A stretch of DNA of 64,000 nucleotides from Balanoglossus misakiensis (taxonomy: Eukaryota; Animalia; Hemichordata): assembly GCA_040954595.2 (NCBI GenBank), contig CM082598.2, positions 9,501,097-9,565,096 on the forward strand, given 5' to 3'. The notes under the pieces are model-generated. The model was given only the letters and a program-made list of their open reading frames with translations. It did no database searches and was not told the origin of the DNA. Position 1 is the first letter of the stretch. Each line of letters begins with the position of its first letter. Position numbers and translations under genes: made by a program. This document shows, piece by piece, positions 48,688-60,205 of the stretch.

Positions 48688-51033
48688 CTATAGGGAGCAA
48701 GATTAGCAGCCAGTAAACAATTGCAAGACGAAACACCAAAAAGAAGAAAATTTGGAAATCAATTCAACACTTAAATAAGAATTCCATACTTTTTGGTCTA
48801 TCAGCATAAAGCACATGGAAAACACTTTGGATTTGCCAGTCATTCAAATTTATGACTTTTTGACAAACTTTGTGTCCACTGCGCTTATTCTCCTTCCATT
48901 AGGATTATTACTATAGATTTGCTGTATGTCAAATGCATATATATTTCTTGCTAAACATTGACAAACAAGCAGTTAAATTTCAAAGAGTTTATTTCAAAAC
49001 AAGAAAAACAATAAATAAAGTAGATACATATGTATGTGAACATGAATTACATAAAATTACTTTTGATAAAAAATAATCTAGGCAAGGAAAACAAATTTCT
49101 GAAGAAAGTTTTCTTGAAATAATAGCCACATCATATCTGCATGATCAATATTACCACAATGAGAAATATCCCCTGCATAAATAAATCATAATACATGTAC
49201 ATGTATTGTCCTGTCCACTGATATTATGGGGGACAGGTTGAATACAGATGGTACAAATGCCTGGCAGTCAAAGATCACCGCAAGTGAAGGCACTTTATTA
49301 TGTATGTATTTATTGTTTTTAGGTCCCATTGGTTTATACCATGCGACCTTATGGGATCGGTTGCGTCTGTATGGATGTATGTCTGTATGTCCGTCTACAT
49401 CAAAAACTTGAAAACCGCTGCGTGTATCACCCTGATATTTGGTGTACAGATGCAGGCTGGGCTACAGATGGGAGTTTGTCCAAATTAAGTTGTCATGGCC
49501 AGAAATATACAAATTAGCTGGGAAAATGTGAAATTGGTCAAACTCAAAAACTCGACAACCACTATTCAGATTGGTTTGAAAATTTGTATGCATGTACCTT
49601 ATGTCAACCTCATACAGTCCTGTATGTTTTGAGCTAGTATTATCGATTTCCTATTTTTGATGCATTTTTGTGTATTTTTCCATGTTATTGCTAAAATGTC
49701 TTCATTTCTGAAAGTGATGGGTTAACTTCTTTGAAATTTAGTATGAAGATTCCTTATAGATGTCTGAGTAACCATAGTTTTGTTCAATCTGTTGCAAAAT
49801 TTGCATATTTATAATTTTGAGCAGTATTTGCCATTTTTAGTCAAATTTTTTTTTTCTTTAAAACCGCATGCCAGATTGCTTTGCAATTTGGTAGGCATGT
49901 TCGTAGGGGTGACCTTAGTAATATGTTGTAAAAAAATGTGATATTTGCATAAATGTGTTATTGGGGTCGAAACTTTTGCAATTTTTGTCAAAAATTGTTT
50001 TCTCTGAAACCGCTTGTCACATTGCCTTGAACTTTCGCCGGCATGTTCCTCGTAGTGATTGAAGTAAGATATTGTACAATTTTGGTGATATTTGCATATT
50101 TGTGTTTTTGCCACTTTTGAACAAATATTTTCTGTGAAACTGCTTGTTGGATTGCTTTGAAATTTGTTTTTTCTCTGATTGCTTTGAAATTTAGGATACA
50201 ATTTCATATCACATACATGTATATGTGCAACTTTTATTCAATTCTGATATCAGAAATATTCAATATTTAGCGAGTTTTTTTTTTGTAAGTTTCTTTGTTT
50301 TTGGTTAGCAAATCTTCTCCTGGACTAATTGTCCAGTTGTTTTGAAAGTTACTGTTGGCAAGGAGTTGTTACCCCCAACTTAGACATGTTTACGTAACTT
50401 TAATAGGCCAGCTGTTATTGCGAGCAGATTTGATCTTTCCATATAGAAATATGGAATGTAAAAAAATTAACAAGGAACATGCCCAATAAACTGTCATTAA
50501 ATTTTTAATTACAAGTGGCAGGTCAGTGTGTGTGTCTGTCTGTTAATTCCAGGGCTGACTGAAAGAAGTTGCTTGTCATTTGTTTTTGTACAGACAATTT
50601 TTGATCAAAACATGTTTTGTTCTAGCACCACTTGTAAGTTTGTCATGAAACATGACAGTTTATTGGGCATGTTCCTTGTTAATTATTTTACATTCCATAT
50701 TTCTATATGGAAAGATGTATTATGAAACTATATCCTAAATTTCAAAGCAATCAGAGAAAAAACAAATTTCAAAGCAATCCAACAAGCAGTTTCACAGAAA
50801 ATATTTGTTCAAAAGTGGCAAAAACACAAATATGCAAATATCACCAAAATTGTACAATATCTTACTTCAATCACTACGAGGAACATGCCGGCTGAAGTTC
50901 AATGCAATATGACAAGCGGTTTCAGAGAAAACAATTTTTGACAAAAATTGCAAAAGTTTCCCCGATAACACATTTATGAAAATATCACATTTTTTTACAA
51001 CATATTACTTAGGTTACCCCTACGAACATGCCT

Positions 51034-54000
51034 CACTCTTAGGTGAGAGGTCGCGCTACGTGCTGCACCCACTGCTTTTAGTCTCTCCAGTTTTGTCATT
51101 TTAAACGTGTTTTTCGCACCTTCGCCGTTTTATTCCTGCTCGAGTTGGTTTATGAATGTCTGGACCCTACCCTACAACTTTTACTGACATCTCAACTTTC
51201 CTGCTTTTGGAACTACAGTGGCTTTTAGTTTACTTTCGCCGGTCTCAGTATTTCAATAGTCGCCATCTTTCCAAGTCATGCCTCCACCAGTGTATACTGC
51301 TGCCACCCTGATGAACATCGGTAAGAATGTCATGAATGACCGCCTATTGTCCAGGATAACTATCACCTTATGGAACAAGCTCAAAGATTTGAACTATGTA
51401 AGACTCTGAATACCAAAAGAGGCTGCTTTGCAGGCAGACAAAAGCAACGATGCATCTCAACACGAATAACGCCGTATCACCTGTTCAACAAATGCAGAAT
51501 ATCCAATCAGTGTTCCCGTGTTACTTATGGTAATCTCCTCAGGATTCCTACTACTGAATATTCAAATAGCCATGGCGAACTACTGCATAACAATAATCAG
51601 TCTCAGACTGGTTTTGTTCCAGCGAAAGACAAATCACACAATATTCCAGTCGACTTATCTCCTGTCACGAAGCCATCCATCGATCAGCATCCAAGAAATG
51701 TTCTACGCTGCGCCTTCATGAACTGTCGATCATTGTGCAATAAATCCACAGCTATCAACGAATTCCTGCAAGACTGTCATTTGGATGTTTTAATGCTTGC
51801 TGAAACGTGGCTTCGTGACGATGACAGTGATTCATCCCTCATCAATGAAACTCTGCCACCAGGCTATAGCATCATCAGTGTTCCGCGTAAAGGTCGTGGG
51901 GGAGGCATCGCTACGATTTTTAAATCTTCACTGTTAGTGTCACAATGTCCACCTTCTACCTCAATCAAGTCGTTTGAATTAATGGAGGTACGTATAAAAA
52001 CTCCATCGTCGCATATCACACTAGCCACGGTTTACCGTCCTCCTCCGAATAAAACAAATGGTTTCACTGTTGATGACTTCGTTAATAACTTCACTGACTT
52101 CTTGTCTTCTCATCTCACCAACAACGCCCCTCTTGTCATCACTGGCGACTTCAATTTTTATATTGACAATCTAATGCCCAAATGCTCGGAAATATCATGA
52201 CATTCTGGAGTCGTTTTCTATGAGTCAATTGATAACTTCTCCTACACATCGTGCTGGTCATACTATTGACCATATCATTACTCGTGCTGATGACAGTACC
52301 ATCGCTGATGTCCGAGTTGAACCGATCCATGCGATCTCTGATCATTTCCCAGTGTTATTCTCAATACGCAATTACTCTTACGTTAGAAACACGCGTAAAT
52401 CTGTTACATCAAGGGATATGAAATCCTTTTCCGCTAATGGTTTCGCTGCTGATTTATCTGCATCCATCCGCCTTCAACCTGATGCTGACGTATCTACTAA
52501 TTGGGATTTGCTTAAAAACACTGTTAGCGATATATTTGATCGCCATGCACCAACCCGTGTGAGACTAGTGCCAAATAGGCGACCAGTGCCATGGATTAAT
52601 CAGTCAATCATCGATGCCCGGTTGAAAAGAATGAAGGCAGAAAAAATGTGGAGAAAATCTGGGTTGGAAGTACATCGCCAGATTTACAGGGCCTGTCGGA
52701 CCGACGTCGTTCGCCTTGTGGATGCTGCTAAACAGAACCATTATGTCGGCCTTGTTGACGAGTGCTCAGGTAACCAAAAACTATTATTCAAGGTCGTAAA
52801 GGGACTGCTTGGTCACAATAACACATCCACTGTACTACCAAGACATGATGATTCTCTGGAATTAGCAAATCGTTTTGCAAAATTCTTCATTAATCGCGTA
52901 AAATCACTAACTATAAATATGGGCAATTCCATTCGACATCATTCACAACCACAAACTGATTTGAAATCCGATTGTCGCCTTAATGCCTTTGAGCCTACAA
53001 CTGCTGATGAAATTTACAAGGTTATTCGTGCATCGCCTTCATCTACTTGTCGCCTTGATCCGATTCCTACCAAGATCTTCAAACATTCTGACATTTTACA
53101 AGTTTTGTTACCACATATCACAGAAATCTTCAATAACTCTCTGCAGTATGGTGTTGTACCTCCTCATTTCAAGGAAGCCGTCGTTAAACCTCTACTTAAA
53201 AAGCCATCTCTTGATCATGAAGTTCTCAAAAATTTCCGTCCTGTATCCAACCTGCCGTTTTTGTCGAAGATCCTGGAACGTATTGTTGCCAAGAGACTGA
53301 CTTCTCACATTGTCAACCATTCATTGGACGAGCCTTTGCAATCTGCTTACAAGCCAGGACACAGTACTGAGACTGTCAACCATTCATTGGACGAGCCTTT
53401 GCAATCTGCTTACAAGCCAGGACACAGTACTGAGACTGCTCTCCTCAAAGTAACAAATGACATTTTGCTTGCTCTTGATGAAAAAAGAGATGTTTTCTTG
53501 GTATTACTCGATCTTTCCGCAGCATTTGACACTGTGAACCATACCATTTTACTCAATCGCTTAAGAGACCGCTTTGGTCTCTCTGATACTGCTCTCATGT
53601 GGTTTAAGTCATACCTTTCCAATCGTAGTCAGTGTGTACTTGTAAATTCCACCCAATCACCTTTTTATCCGCTCGGCACTGGGGTACCACAGGGATCAGT
53701 TCTTGGTCCCATACTTTTCAATATGTACACGTCTCCATTAGGTGAATTAGTTCAAAGTCATGGTTGTCTTTATAGTTTTTATGCAGATGACTCTTCACTT
53801 TATATGTCTTTTAGTAAAGACAACGCAGCAAGAACTGTTTCAAATCTTGAACTTTGTATATCCGATGTTAGGTTTTGGATGTCTGAAAACTTCTTGTGCT
53901 TAAACGATGATAAGACTGAATTTGTTATTTTCTCTGGTATTTCGGGTGATCTGTCTGATAGAGGCATTTCAGAAATTCGTGTTGGCGATTCTCTGATTCC

Positions 54001-54728
54001 CGTCCATTGTCAGGCTAAGAGCCTTGGAGTGATCCTTGACTCTTGTCTGACAATGAAGCCACATATTGGACAGATCTGCCGCTCTGCCACTTTTCATTTA
54101 CGTCGCATTGCGCTTATCCGCAAATATTTATCTCATTCTGCTACAGAGCAATTAGTTCATGCATTCATTACTTCTCGAATTGATTCATGTAATTCACTTT
54201 TATTTGGGCTCCCGAAGTATTCAATCAACCGTATCCAACGCGTTCAGAATATTGCTGCTAGAATTGTTACTCGTTCAAAAATCACCTGTCACATCACTCC
54301 AATTTTGTATCAGTTGCACTGGCTACCTGTTACAGAGCGTATTGTTTTTAAGATGTTAGTTCTCATTTTTAAATCCATTCATAAACTTGGTCCAATCTAT
54401 CTTTCTAGCATGACTAATCTATATGTTCCGTGTCGCAATTTAAGGTCAGCTGATCAGTTCAAACTCTGCCCTGTTCGATCACGCACCAAGAGTTATGGTG
54501 ATCGTGCTTTTACTGTTGCTGGTCCAATTCTTTGGAATAATCTATCACTCACCATTCGCCAGGCACCAGACTTATCTGTTTTTAAATCAAATGTTAAAAC
54601 TTTACTTTTTAAATCTGTTTTTTAGCCATTTGTTGTATTGTACTTTTGCTTTAAGCGTCATTGATCACATTTTTTGTGGATACTGACGCTATACAAATAA
54701 ATTATTATTATTATATTATATTATTATT
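51034..54728 (+). mobile_element. Near full-length single-ORF L2/CR1-group LINE, frameshifted
   Basis: APE endonuclease (NCRSL, LAETW, GGGI, VYRPP, TGDFN, HTIDHI, SDHFPV). RT (NFRPVSNLPFLSKILE, LLDLSAAFDTV, GVPQGSVLGP, YADD, LHWLPV). 3' stem AGCGTCA...TGACGCT plus (TTA)n. No TSD. Confidence 0.93.
52220..54625 (+). CDS. LINE reverse transcriptase ORF (801 aa), separated from the endonuclease ORF (51370-52200) by a frameshift
   Basis: Canonical non-LTR RT motifs. Contains an in-frame 63-bp tandem duplication. Confidence 0.85.
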   Translation: MSQLITSPTHRAGHTIDHIITRADDSTIADVRVEPIHAISDHFPVLFSIRNYSYVRNTRKSVTSRDMKSFSANGFAADLSASIRLQPDADVSTNWDLLKNTVSDIFDRHAPTRVRLVPNRRPVPWINQSIIDARLKRMKAEKMWRKSGLEVHRQIYRACRTDVVRLVDAAKQNHYVGLVDECSGNQKLLFKVVKGLLGHNNTSTVLPRHDDSLELANRFAKFFINRVKSLTINMGNSIRHHSQPQTDLKSDCRLNAFEPTTADEIYKVIRASPSSTCRLDPIPTKIFKHSDILQVLLPHITEIFNNSLQYGVVPPHFKEAVVKPLLKKPSLDHEVLKNFRPVSNLPFLSKILERIVAKRLTSHIVNHSLDEPLQSAYKPGHSTETVNHSLDEPLQSAYKPGHSTETALLKVTNDILLALDEKRDVFLVLLDLSAAFDTVNHTILLNRLRDRFGLSDTALMWFKSYLSNRSQCVLVNSTQSPFYPLGTGVPQGSVLGPILFNMYTSPLGELVQSHGCLYSFYADDSSLYMSFSKDNAARTVSNLELCISDVRFWMSENFLCLNDDKTEFVIFSGISGDLSDRGISEIRVGDSLIPVHCQAKSLGVILDSCLTMKPHIGQICRSATFHLRRIALIRKYLSHSATEQLVHAFITSRIDSCNSLLFGLPKYSINRIQRVQNIAARIVTRSKITCHITPILYQLHWLPVTERIVFKMLVLIFKSIHKLGPIYLSSMTNLYVPCRNLRSADQFKLCPVRSRTKSYGDRAFTVAGPILWNNLSLTIRQAPDLSVFKSNVKTLLFKSVF

Positions 54729-55522
54729 ACCAAATTGCAAAGCAATCTGGCATGCGGTTTTAAAGAAAAAAAAATTGACCAAAAATGGCAAATATTGCTC
54801 AAAATTATAAATATGCAAATTTTGCAACAATTTGAACAAAACTATGGTTACTCAGACAACCATTAGAAAGCTTCATACTAAATTTCAAAGAAGTAAGCCC
54901 ATCACTTTCAGAAATGAAGACTTGTTACCAATAACATGGAAAAATACAAAAAAATGCATAAAAAATAGGAAATCAATAATATTAGCTCAAAACATACAGG
55001 ACTGTATGAGGTTGACATAAGGTACATGCATACCAATTTTCAAATCAATATGACCAGTGGTTGTTGAGTTTTTGAGTTTTGACCAATTTCACATTTTCCC
55101 AGCTAATTTGCATATATTTGGCAATGATAACTTTATTTGAACAAACTCCCATCTACAGCCCTGCCTTCATCTACACACCAAATATCGAGGTCATACGCAC
55201 AGCGGTTTTCAAGTTTTTGATGTGGACGGACATACAGACTTACACTGTACATCCATCCATCCATACATACATACATACAGACACAACCGATCCCATAAGG
55301 TCCCATGGTACATACCAATGGGACCTAAAAATGGATAAACGCGAGAAATACTGGGGCTTTAAGATGGGGCACCCGCATCTTTTTGCCCGTTGCTATGGGC
55401 CTTCATAGGACACTACACTCAAGTTTGAAAGAAACCGCTATGAATGCCCGAAAAGGGGCTTGTAACTTAGTTGAAAATACGCACAATTGTGTACATACCC
55501 CCTGTCCGAGGATGGTTAACGG

Positions 55523-55585
55523 TAGCTCTGCGTGGCAGGGCTGTGTTATTACGGCGTAACAACACAGCCCTGCCACGCAGAGCTA
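55523..55585. repeat. Near-perfect 30-bp-stem hairpin
   Basis: TAGCTCTGCGTGGCAGGGCTGTGTT(A)TTAC-GGC-GTAA(C)AACACAGCCCTGCCACGCAGAGCTA. Confidence 0.85.
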
Positions 55586-56004
55586 GGTTACTGGCAGCTA
55601 CCGCCTGGCCATGGGCTGCTACGCTAATATGGCAAAGCAGCGGACAGCGATAGCATGCACGTCCTGTAACCACAATAACTGGATCAAACACTAAAAATCC
55701 AATGATTTTGTACACAGAGATCTTGTACCGTTCACAAAAATCCCTAAGGCTTTTTTCATAGGCCAAATACGCCAGTCAAATTTGACCTGTTGACAGAGAA
55801 CACACTTCCGCATAGCATGAAGGACAGTTTTAACGGTTATCATTGCGCTAAGAAGCGATACCGGTGGAAGAGTGCGTCCAAAAACACCCAAAATCGGTGA
55901 CTTTTCCAGGGTGGTACGGGTATGCTGAAATCGACAGATACAACGACCATATTTGAAAACAAAATCCTTCTCGATCTTCTCTGGTTCGAGCAACTTATGA
56001 ATAC

Positions 56005-59000
56005 TGTTGTGATCGCCGATGTCTCACCTGAGTGCGTCTAATCTACGGTTTCTAAAGGTCTTTTGGGAGGTCAGTCAAAGGCATGCTGCTCGATCTGAAG
56101 CATAGCAGAAAGAGAACGAACTACTTCCGCCCAGGGGTGGGTAGGGTCAGTGACGTCATGGGCAGATTCACAACACTCTTCCCCACCACATTTTGAAGGG
56201 CTTCGTCTTCTTCCCCCAAAACACCGGGGGATAACACAACATCGAACACAACAATAACAAAAATACAAAGATAGAATGTCCAGCTGGGCTTTACTGGGTA
56301 TGCCCCACTGGTCGGCCTGTTTGTTTCTTTTCTGGTGCCTCTTCCAACAGCTGTTGGAGGGCTTCCTCCTGTTGGTTTCTTTATCTTTTTGGGGTGAAGC
56401 CCGACCGCCACGTTCCACCCCGGCTCCCTAAGCAGGAAGTGGTGACACCTTCGCTTCGGTGAGCCTGGGCTCTCATGCGGTCCGAGTGGAAGTGGGTATC
56501 TATAGCCTGGGATAGTCCCCTGGCTGGTGACGCCGCACTGGGTCGTCTCCCTTCTGGGCTTCTGGCGCTTGCTTGGGACTGTGGTCGTGGTGCCGCTGGG
56601 GCTTCCACTGCTGATTTCTTTCCAGATGGGGGCCCTTCCACTGTCCCCGAGAGGTCAGGTGGCCTCTCTGGGCTTGCTTTCTCGGGTGGCCTCCCCTGCT
56701 CATCCTGTGGCGGCCTTTTCTCTACCCTCTCCACCGATGCCGACTCCACTCGAGGGCGGGATCCCGCGGATTTCCAGCGCCTGCTCGAACGGCTTCTCTT
56801 CCTCCTGCTGCACCTGATGGTGGCTGTCGAGGACGCAGTGCGAGTCGGGTTTGGTAGATGTCTCGCTGGCCTTAGGATCAGTCGTCTGGGCAATGTAACT
56901 TTTGCCACTTTCCCTTTCGTCCCTTGCCGACCATATGTCATGTGTACACTTTCACCGTCAAACCGCAACTGATTTCTTCGCATATCTAGAATCACTCTCC
57001 TTGTCCGCATAAAGTCTGCCCCTAGCAACATGTCATCACCTATCGGCGCTACATACACGTCCTCTGTGAATTTGGTCTTTCCCAACTTCAGGCGCAAGGG
57101 ACCTACTTTATGGGCTTTCATTTCCATTTCACGCCCTGCAGTTTGCATGATGGTGGTTTTGAGTACTGGGGGGCGGTTCCCAAGACGGCCGTAGAGACGG
57201 TCTGAAATGATGGTGACTTCTGCTGCCGTGTCTACTACTGCCTGTACTTTAATCCCTTCAACTGCAATGGGCACACTGTACATAGACCCTGACACTAATT
57301 GACATAAAGTTATGGGCTGGGTGTCATCACCGCTGGGGGATTCATTCGCTGTGGATTCATCAGTGTCCGAATTCGGGGAATCATACTCCTGTTCGTCCAA
57401 AGACTCCCCTGACGAGTTGTACTGTTCGTCGGTTCGTGCATCCCTAGGGTGTAGATAGAACCCGTGCCCTTGCAATGTATTGTCAGTGTGGGTATCTAAA
57501 GTGGCCTGACACCCTGACCCCTCTTCTCGGATTTTGGCACAACCCTTGGTGTCAGTGCGTGTTGTCACCCTGTCAATTCCATTTCCTCCTTCCTTCACTT
57601 TGGGATCATCTCTTCTGAGTATTGGGCCCTTTGGTGGCTCCTGGGTCAAACTTAGGCCCTCTGGTCTGACCCTTTCCCGCTGCTCAGCGAATGTTACCCG
57701 TTTCTCCCCGGAATCTGAGGTTACTCTTTCCCTTCCCTTGGGGCATTCCCTACGGAAGTGTCCAGATTCCCCACAGTTAAAGCATTCCTGTCCCCTAGGG
57801 GAGGGTGACCGAGACCGGCCTGCCTCGCGTGGGGATAGGGCAACCACTGTCTTTCTCAAACCCTCTAAACTTTTGGCCATTTCAGTCATTCGTTCGTTAA
57901 GGGTATTTATCCCGGGACTGGGACTCGGGTTACGTAGGGTTCGAAACCTCTCCCGCGAGCCCGTTCCGCTGTCCGTGGGTGATAAATCCCGATCTCTGGG
58001 GGGTCGCTCCCGAGTGGCTGATCGCACGCGTATGAACTCGCCGTCGCTATCTGTCTCAGATGTTACTCGTTCTACTTCTCGACGCGAGGTTCGGCGGCCG
58101 AAGATTTCGCGATTGTTATATTGGAACCAACGTATTTGGTCTATGGCCTCTTCCATGGAGGATGCGCGCTGGTTAGCAACGTAAAGCCCTGCCTCGCGAT
58201 CGGAGCATCCCTGACAAAACCTCATTATTGCCTGACGGTCCATAGCGCGTTCCGTCAGATCGGGGAAAGCGTTTGTCGCGAGGGACAGGATTCGATCGGC
58301 CCATTTTTCGAGTGACTCCCCTTCTTTCTGATGGGACTGCTGAAATCTAATCTGCGCGGTCTCTGGCAGTTCTCGGCGCCCAAAACGCTTGTCTAGCTTA
58401 CTGACCAGCCGCTGGTAGCTGATATTTCGCTCGCGCCTGAGCAGTGTCGAGTGAAATTCACTGGCGTCGCCGTCTAAGCAAAAGCACAAGCAACATTTGC
58501 GTTCGCTTTCCGTCCAACCCTGGGCATCCGCGTAACAGGTGAATTTATCAAAAAACACGCTCCATTTCCTCTCCCCAGTGTAAACTAAAGTTTTGGGCGT
58601 ATTAAATATCCTCGAGCCGAAGGCGGGCCCTTCCCTGCCTCCACCATGCCTCATGAACGAAGATTCACCATAAGGGTGGTTTTGCGGCACGTTCCCATAC
58701 GACGGAGTCCAGGTGGCATTGGCTGGGGCGTATGGGCTAGGGCTGCTTCCCGTTTGAGATGGTGGGCCGTAGTACGTGGGATAGGGGGTCCCTGGTACTG
58801 GAGCGGCGCCACCACGGTTTTCAGTGGGAAATCGCCAATCAGCGCGTTCGTAGGGGCTGGCTGGGAGCGGTGTGGACCCCATCGGATATGGTGGCGGTGG
58901 GGTAAAATACCTTGGGAAGTTGTCTGGTGGATACGGTGGAGACATCCCGACCGGATTCCCTGGGTAACGGCTTTGCTCTGTTGTGTGAAACTTATCCCTG

Positions 59001-60205
59001 TCTCGGGGTCCCCTGCAGTACTCACTTGCTGTGGGAGGGTAACCCCAACTATCCAATTCTCGATGTTGGCCAATTTTCTCCCCTCCCCTGGGATATGGGG
59101 TTGTCTTGGGCCCTGTACTATTTCCCCTCCCATACTCCAGTGATGACTGATCACTTTTGCTAGCCCGCTCTGAAACTGGGATTTCGGGTGGCCCCTGGAA
59201 TTTCCCCGTTTTGCGTGTATTTCTGCAGGCCGGTGTTTGCCGGTCCTCATCACTACTACTACTGCACCTTATTTCATAGGACACCATTTCGTGAAATTCA
59301 GGTGTGGGCCTGAGATGAGGGATTTCCCCTAATATTTCTTTTGAGACCCTCCCGTATCTATTTCTGGCTCTCAAGATTGCCTTTGCCACTTTTTTACCTA
59401 CCCCTGGCAAGGTCTTAAGGGTCATGAGGTCACATGTGTTGATATAAACTGGACCCCTGGAGACCATCATGATGTGATCTATTGGCCCTTTAAACAAACT
59501 AATAACTAACTACACACTCCCTCACACAACACGTGGGATTTACACGAGTGAACTGTTTTATTAACAAGAATAATCCCAACACACAAAAGCTCACTCCCAC
59601 ACAAAAGAAACTCGAATGCTTGCTAAAGAAAATCTCTGCGCATGCGCCGAACCCCAAACACGTCTTTTGTAATGAGGACCCCTCTAGCAATAGAAATGGG
59701 CCCTATGTGCCAAAATGGCGGCCGAATTTCCGCCCACGCTACTTTGGGAAAAAACGCAGAAAATTTGACTCAAACTACCTCCAAAACCCCGGTACCTACC
59801 CAGTACCGTCCCTAAACCTCGCTAAAAATCCCCGCGGTCCCCGAGAGTTTGCCCAGTGTCTTCTGGCCCCGGCAATCCCCGATATCCCGTTTTTCCTATG
59901 CCCAGAAAAACCCCACGTCGCACCCGGACGCAATCGCTGGATTCCGACTACACAGAAACACCACTCTCCCTCCCCCGCGTATCAAAAAAAAGCGTTTCCC
60001 CGCACAAGGCTCGAACACAGGCTCGCAGCGCCAATGTTGTGATCGCCGATGTCTCACCTGAGTGCGTCTAATCTACGGTTTCTAAAGGTCTTTTGGGAGG
60101 TCAGTCAAAGGCATGCTGCTCGATCTGAAGCATAGCAGAAAGAGAACGAACTACTTCCGCCCAGGGGTGGGTAGGGTCAGTGACGTCATGGGCAGATTCA
60201 CAACA
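56005..60205 (-). mobile_element. Young non-autonomous Gypsy-type LTR element encoding HhH-Gag-protease only
   Basis: Identical 171-bp TG...CA LTRs (56005-56175, 60035-60205). 4-bp TSD ATAC. PBS TGGCGCTGCGAGC (tRNA-Ser-like). PPT GGTGGGGAAGAG. Confidence 0.93.
56381..59470 (-). CDS. Helix-hairpin-helix / Gag / CCHC zinc knuckle / retropepsin polyprotein (~1029 aa from the first ATG)
   Basis: N-terminal VYINTCDLMTLKTLPGVGKKVAKAILRAR (HhH). Pro-rich linker. Gag core YTGERKWSVFFDKF..GW..L.KRF..Q..GESL..WADRI..L. Knuckle CFNCGESGHFRREC. Protease AVVDTAAEVT..MLLGADF. No RT, RNase H or integrase motifs. Confidence 0.88.
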   Translation of the reverse strand: MMVSRGPVYINTCDLMTLKTLPGVGKKVAKAILRARNRYGRVSKEILGEIPHLRPTPEFHEMVSYEIRCSSSSDEDRQTPACRNTRKTGKFQGPPEIPVSERASKSDQSSLEYGRGNSTGPKTTPYPRGGEKIGQHRELDSWGYPPTASEYCRGPRDRDKFHTTEQSRYPGNPVGMSPPYPPDNFPRYFTPPPPYPMGSTPLPASPYERADWRFPTENRGGAAPVPGTPYPTYYGPPSQTGSSPSPYAPANATWTPSYGNVPQNHPYGESSFMRHGGGREGPAFGSRIFNTPKTLVYTGERKWSVFFDKFTCYADAQGWTESERKCCLCFCLDGDASEFHSTLLRRERNISYQRLVSKLDKRFGRRELPETAQIRFQQSHQKEGESLEKWADRILSLATNAFPDLTERAMDRQAIMRFCQGCSDREAGLYVANQRASSMEEAIDQIRWFQYNNREIFGRRTSRREVERVTSETDSDGEFIRVRSATRERPPRDRDLSPTDSGTGSRERFRTLRNPSPSPGINTLNERMTEMAKSLEGLRKTVVALSPREAGRSRSPSPRGQECFNCGESGHFRRECPKGRERVTSDSGEKRVTFAEQRERVRPEGLSLTQEPPKGPILRRDDPKVKEGGNGIDRVTTRTDTKGCAKIREEGSGCQATLDTHTDNTLQGHGFYLHPRDARTDEQYNSSGESLDEQEYDSPNSDTDESTANESPSGDDTQPITLCQLVSGSMYSVPIAVEGIKVQAVVDTAAEVTIISDRLYGRLGNRPPVLKTTIMQTAGREMEMKAHKVGPLRLKLGKTKFTEDVYVAPIGDDMLLGADFMRTRRVILDMRRNQLRFDGESVHMTYGRQGTKGKVAKVTLPRRLILRPARHLPNPTRTASSTATIRCSRRKRSRSSRRWKSAGSRPRVESASVERVEKRPPQDEQGRPPEKASPERPPDLSGTVEGPPSGKKSAVEAPAAPRPQSQASARSPEGRRPSAASPARGLSQAIDTHFHSDRMRAQAHRSEGVTTSCLGSRGGTWRSGFTPKR

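Larger units (their letters stand above)
49316..55329. repeat. Two inverted copies of the Helentron/DINE-like repeat; the second is split by the LINE
   Basis: 49316-50210 (+) mirrors 50720-51033 plus 54729-55329 (-). Identical peptides MKLYPKFQSNQRK... appear on opposite strands in the ORF track. Confidence 0.75.

Noticed and set aside
49809-50895. Repeated short ORFs (MKLYPKFQSN..., ...HQKLENRC...) as a gene family
   Set aside because: They are translations of the non-coding Helentron/DINE-like repeat, and frames and stops vary between copies.
59310-59470. Bacterial comEA gene, contamination or recent horizontal transfer
   Set aside because: The HhH segment is in frame with Gag inside a bona fide LTR element with a TSD in an animal intron. 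There is no bacterial context.
56475-60071. Plus-strand ORFs (165, 216, 165, 169 aa) within the HhH-Gag element as antisense genes
   Set aside because: They are GC-rich shadow frames of the long minus-strand ORF or its leader, with no recognisable motifs.
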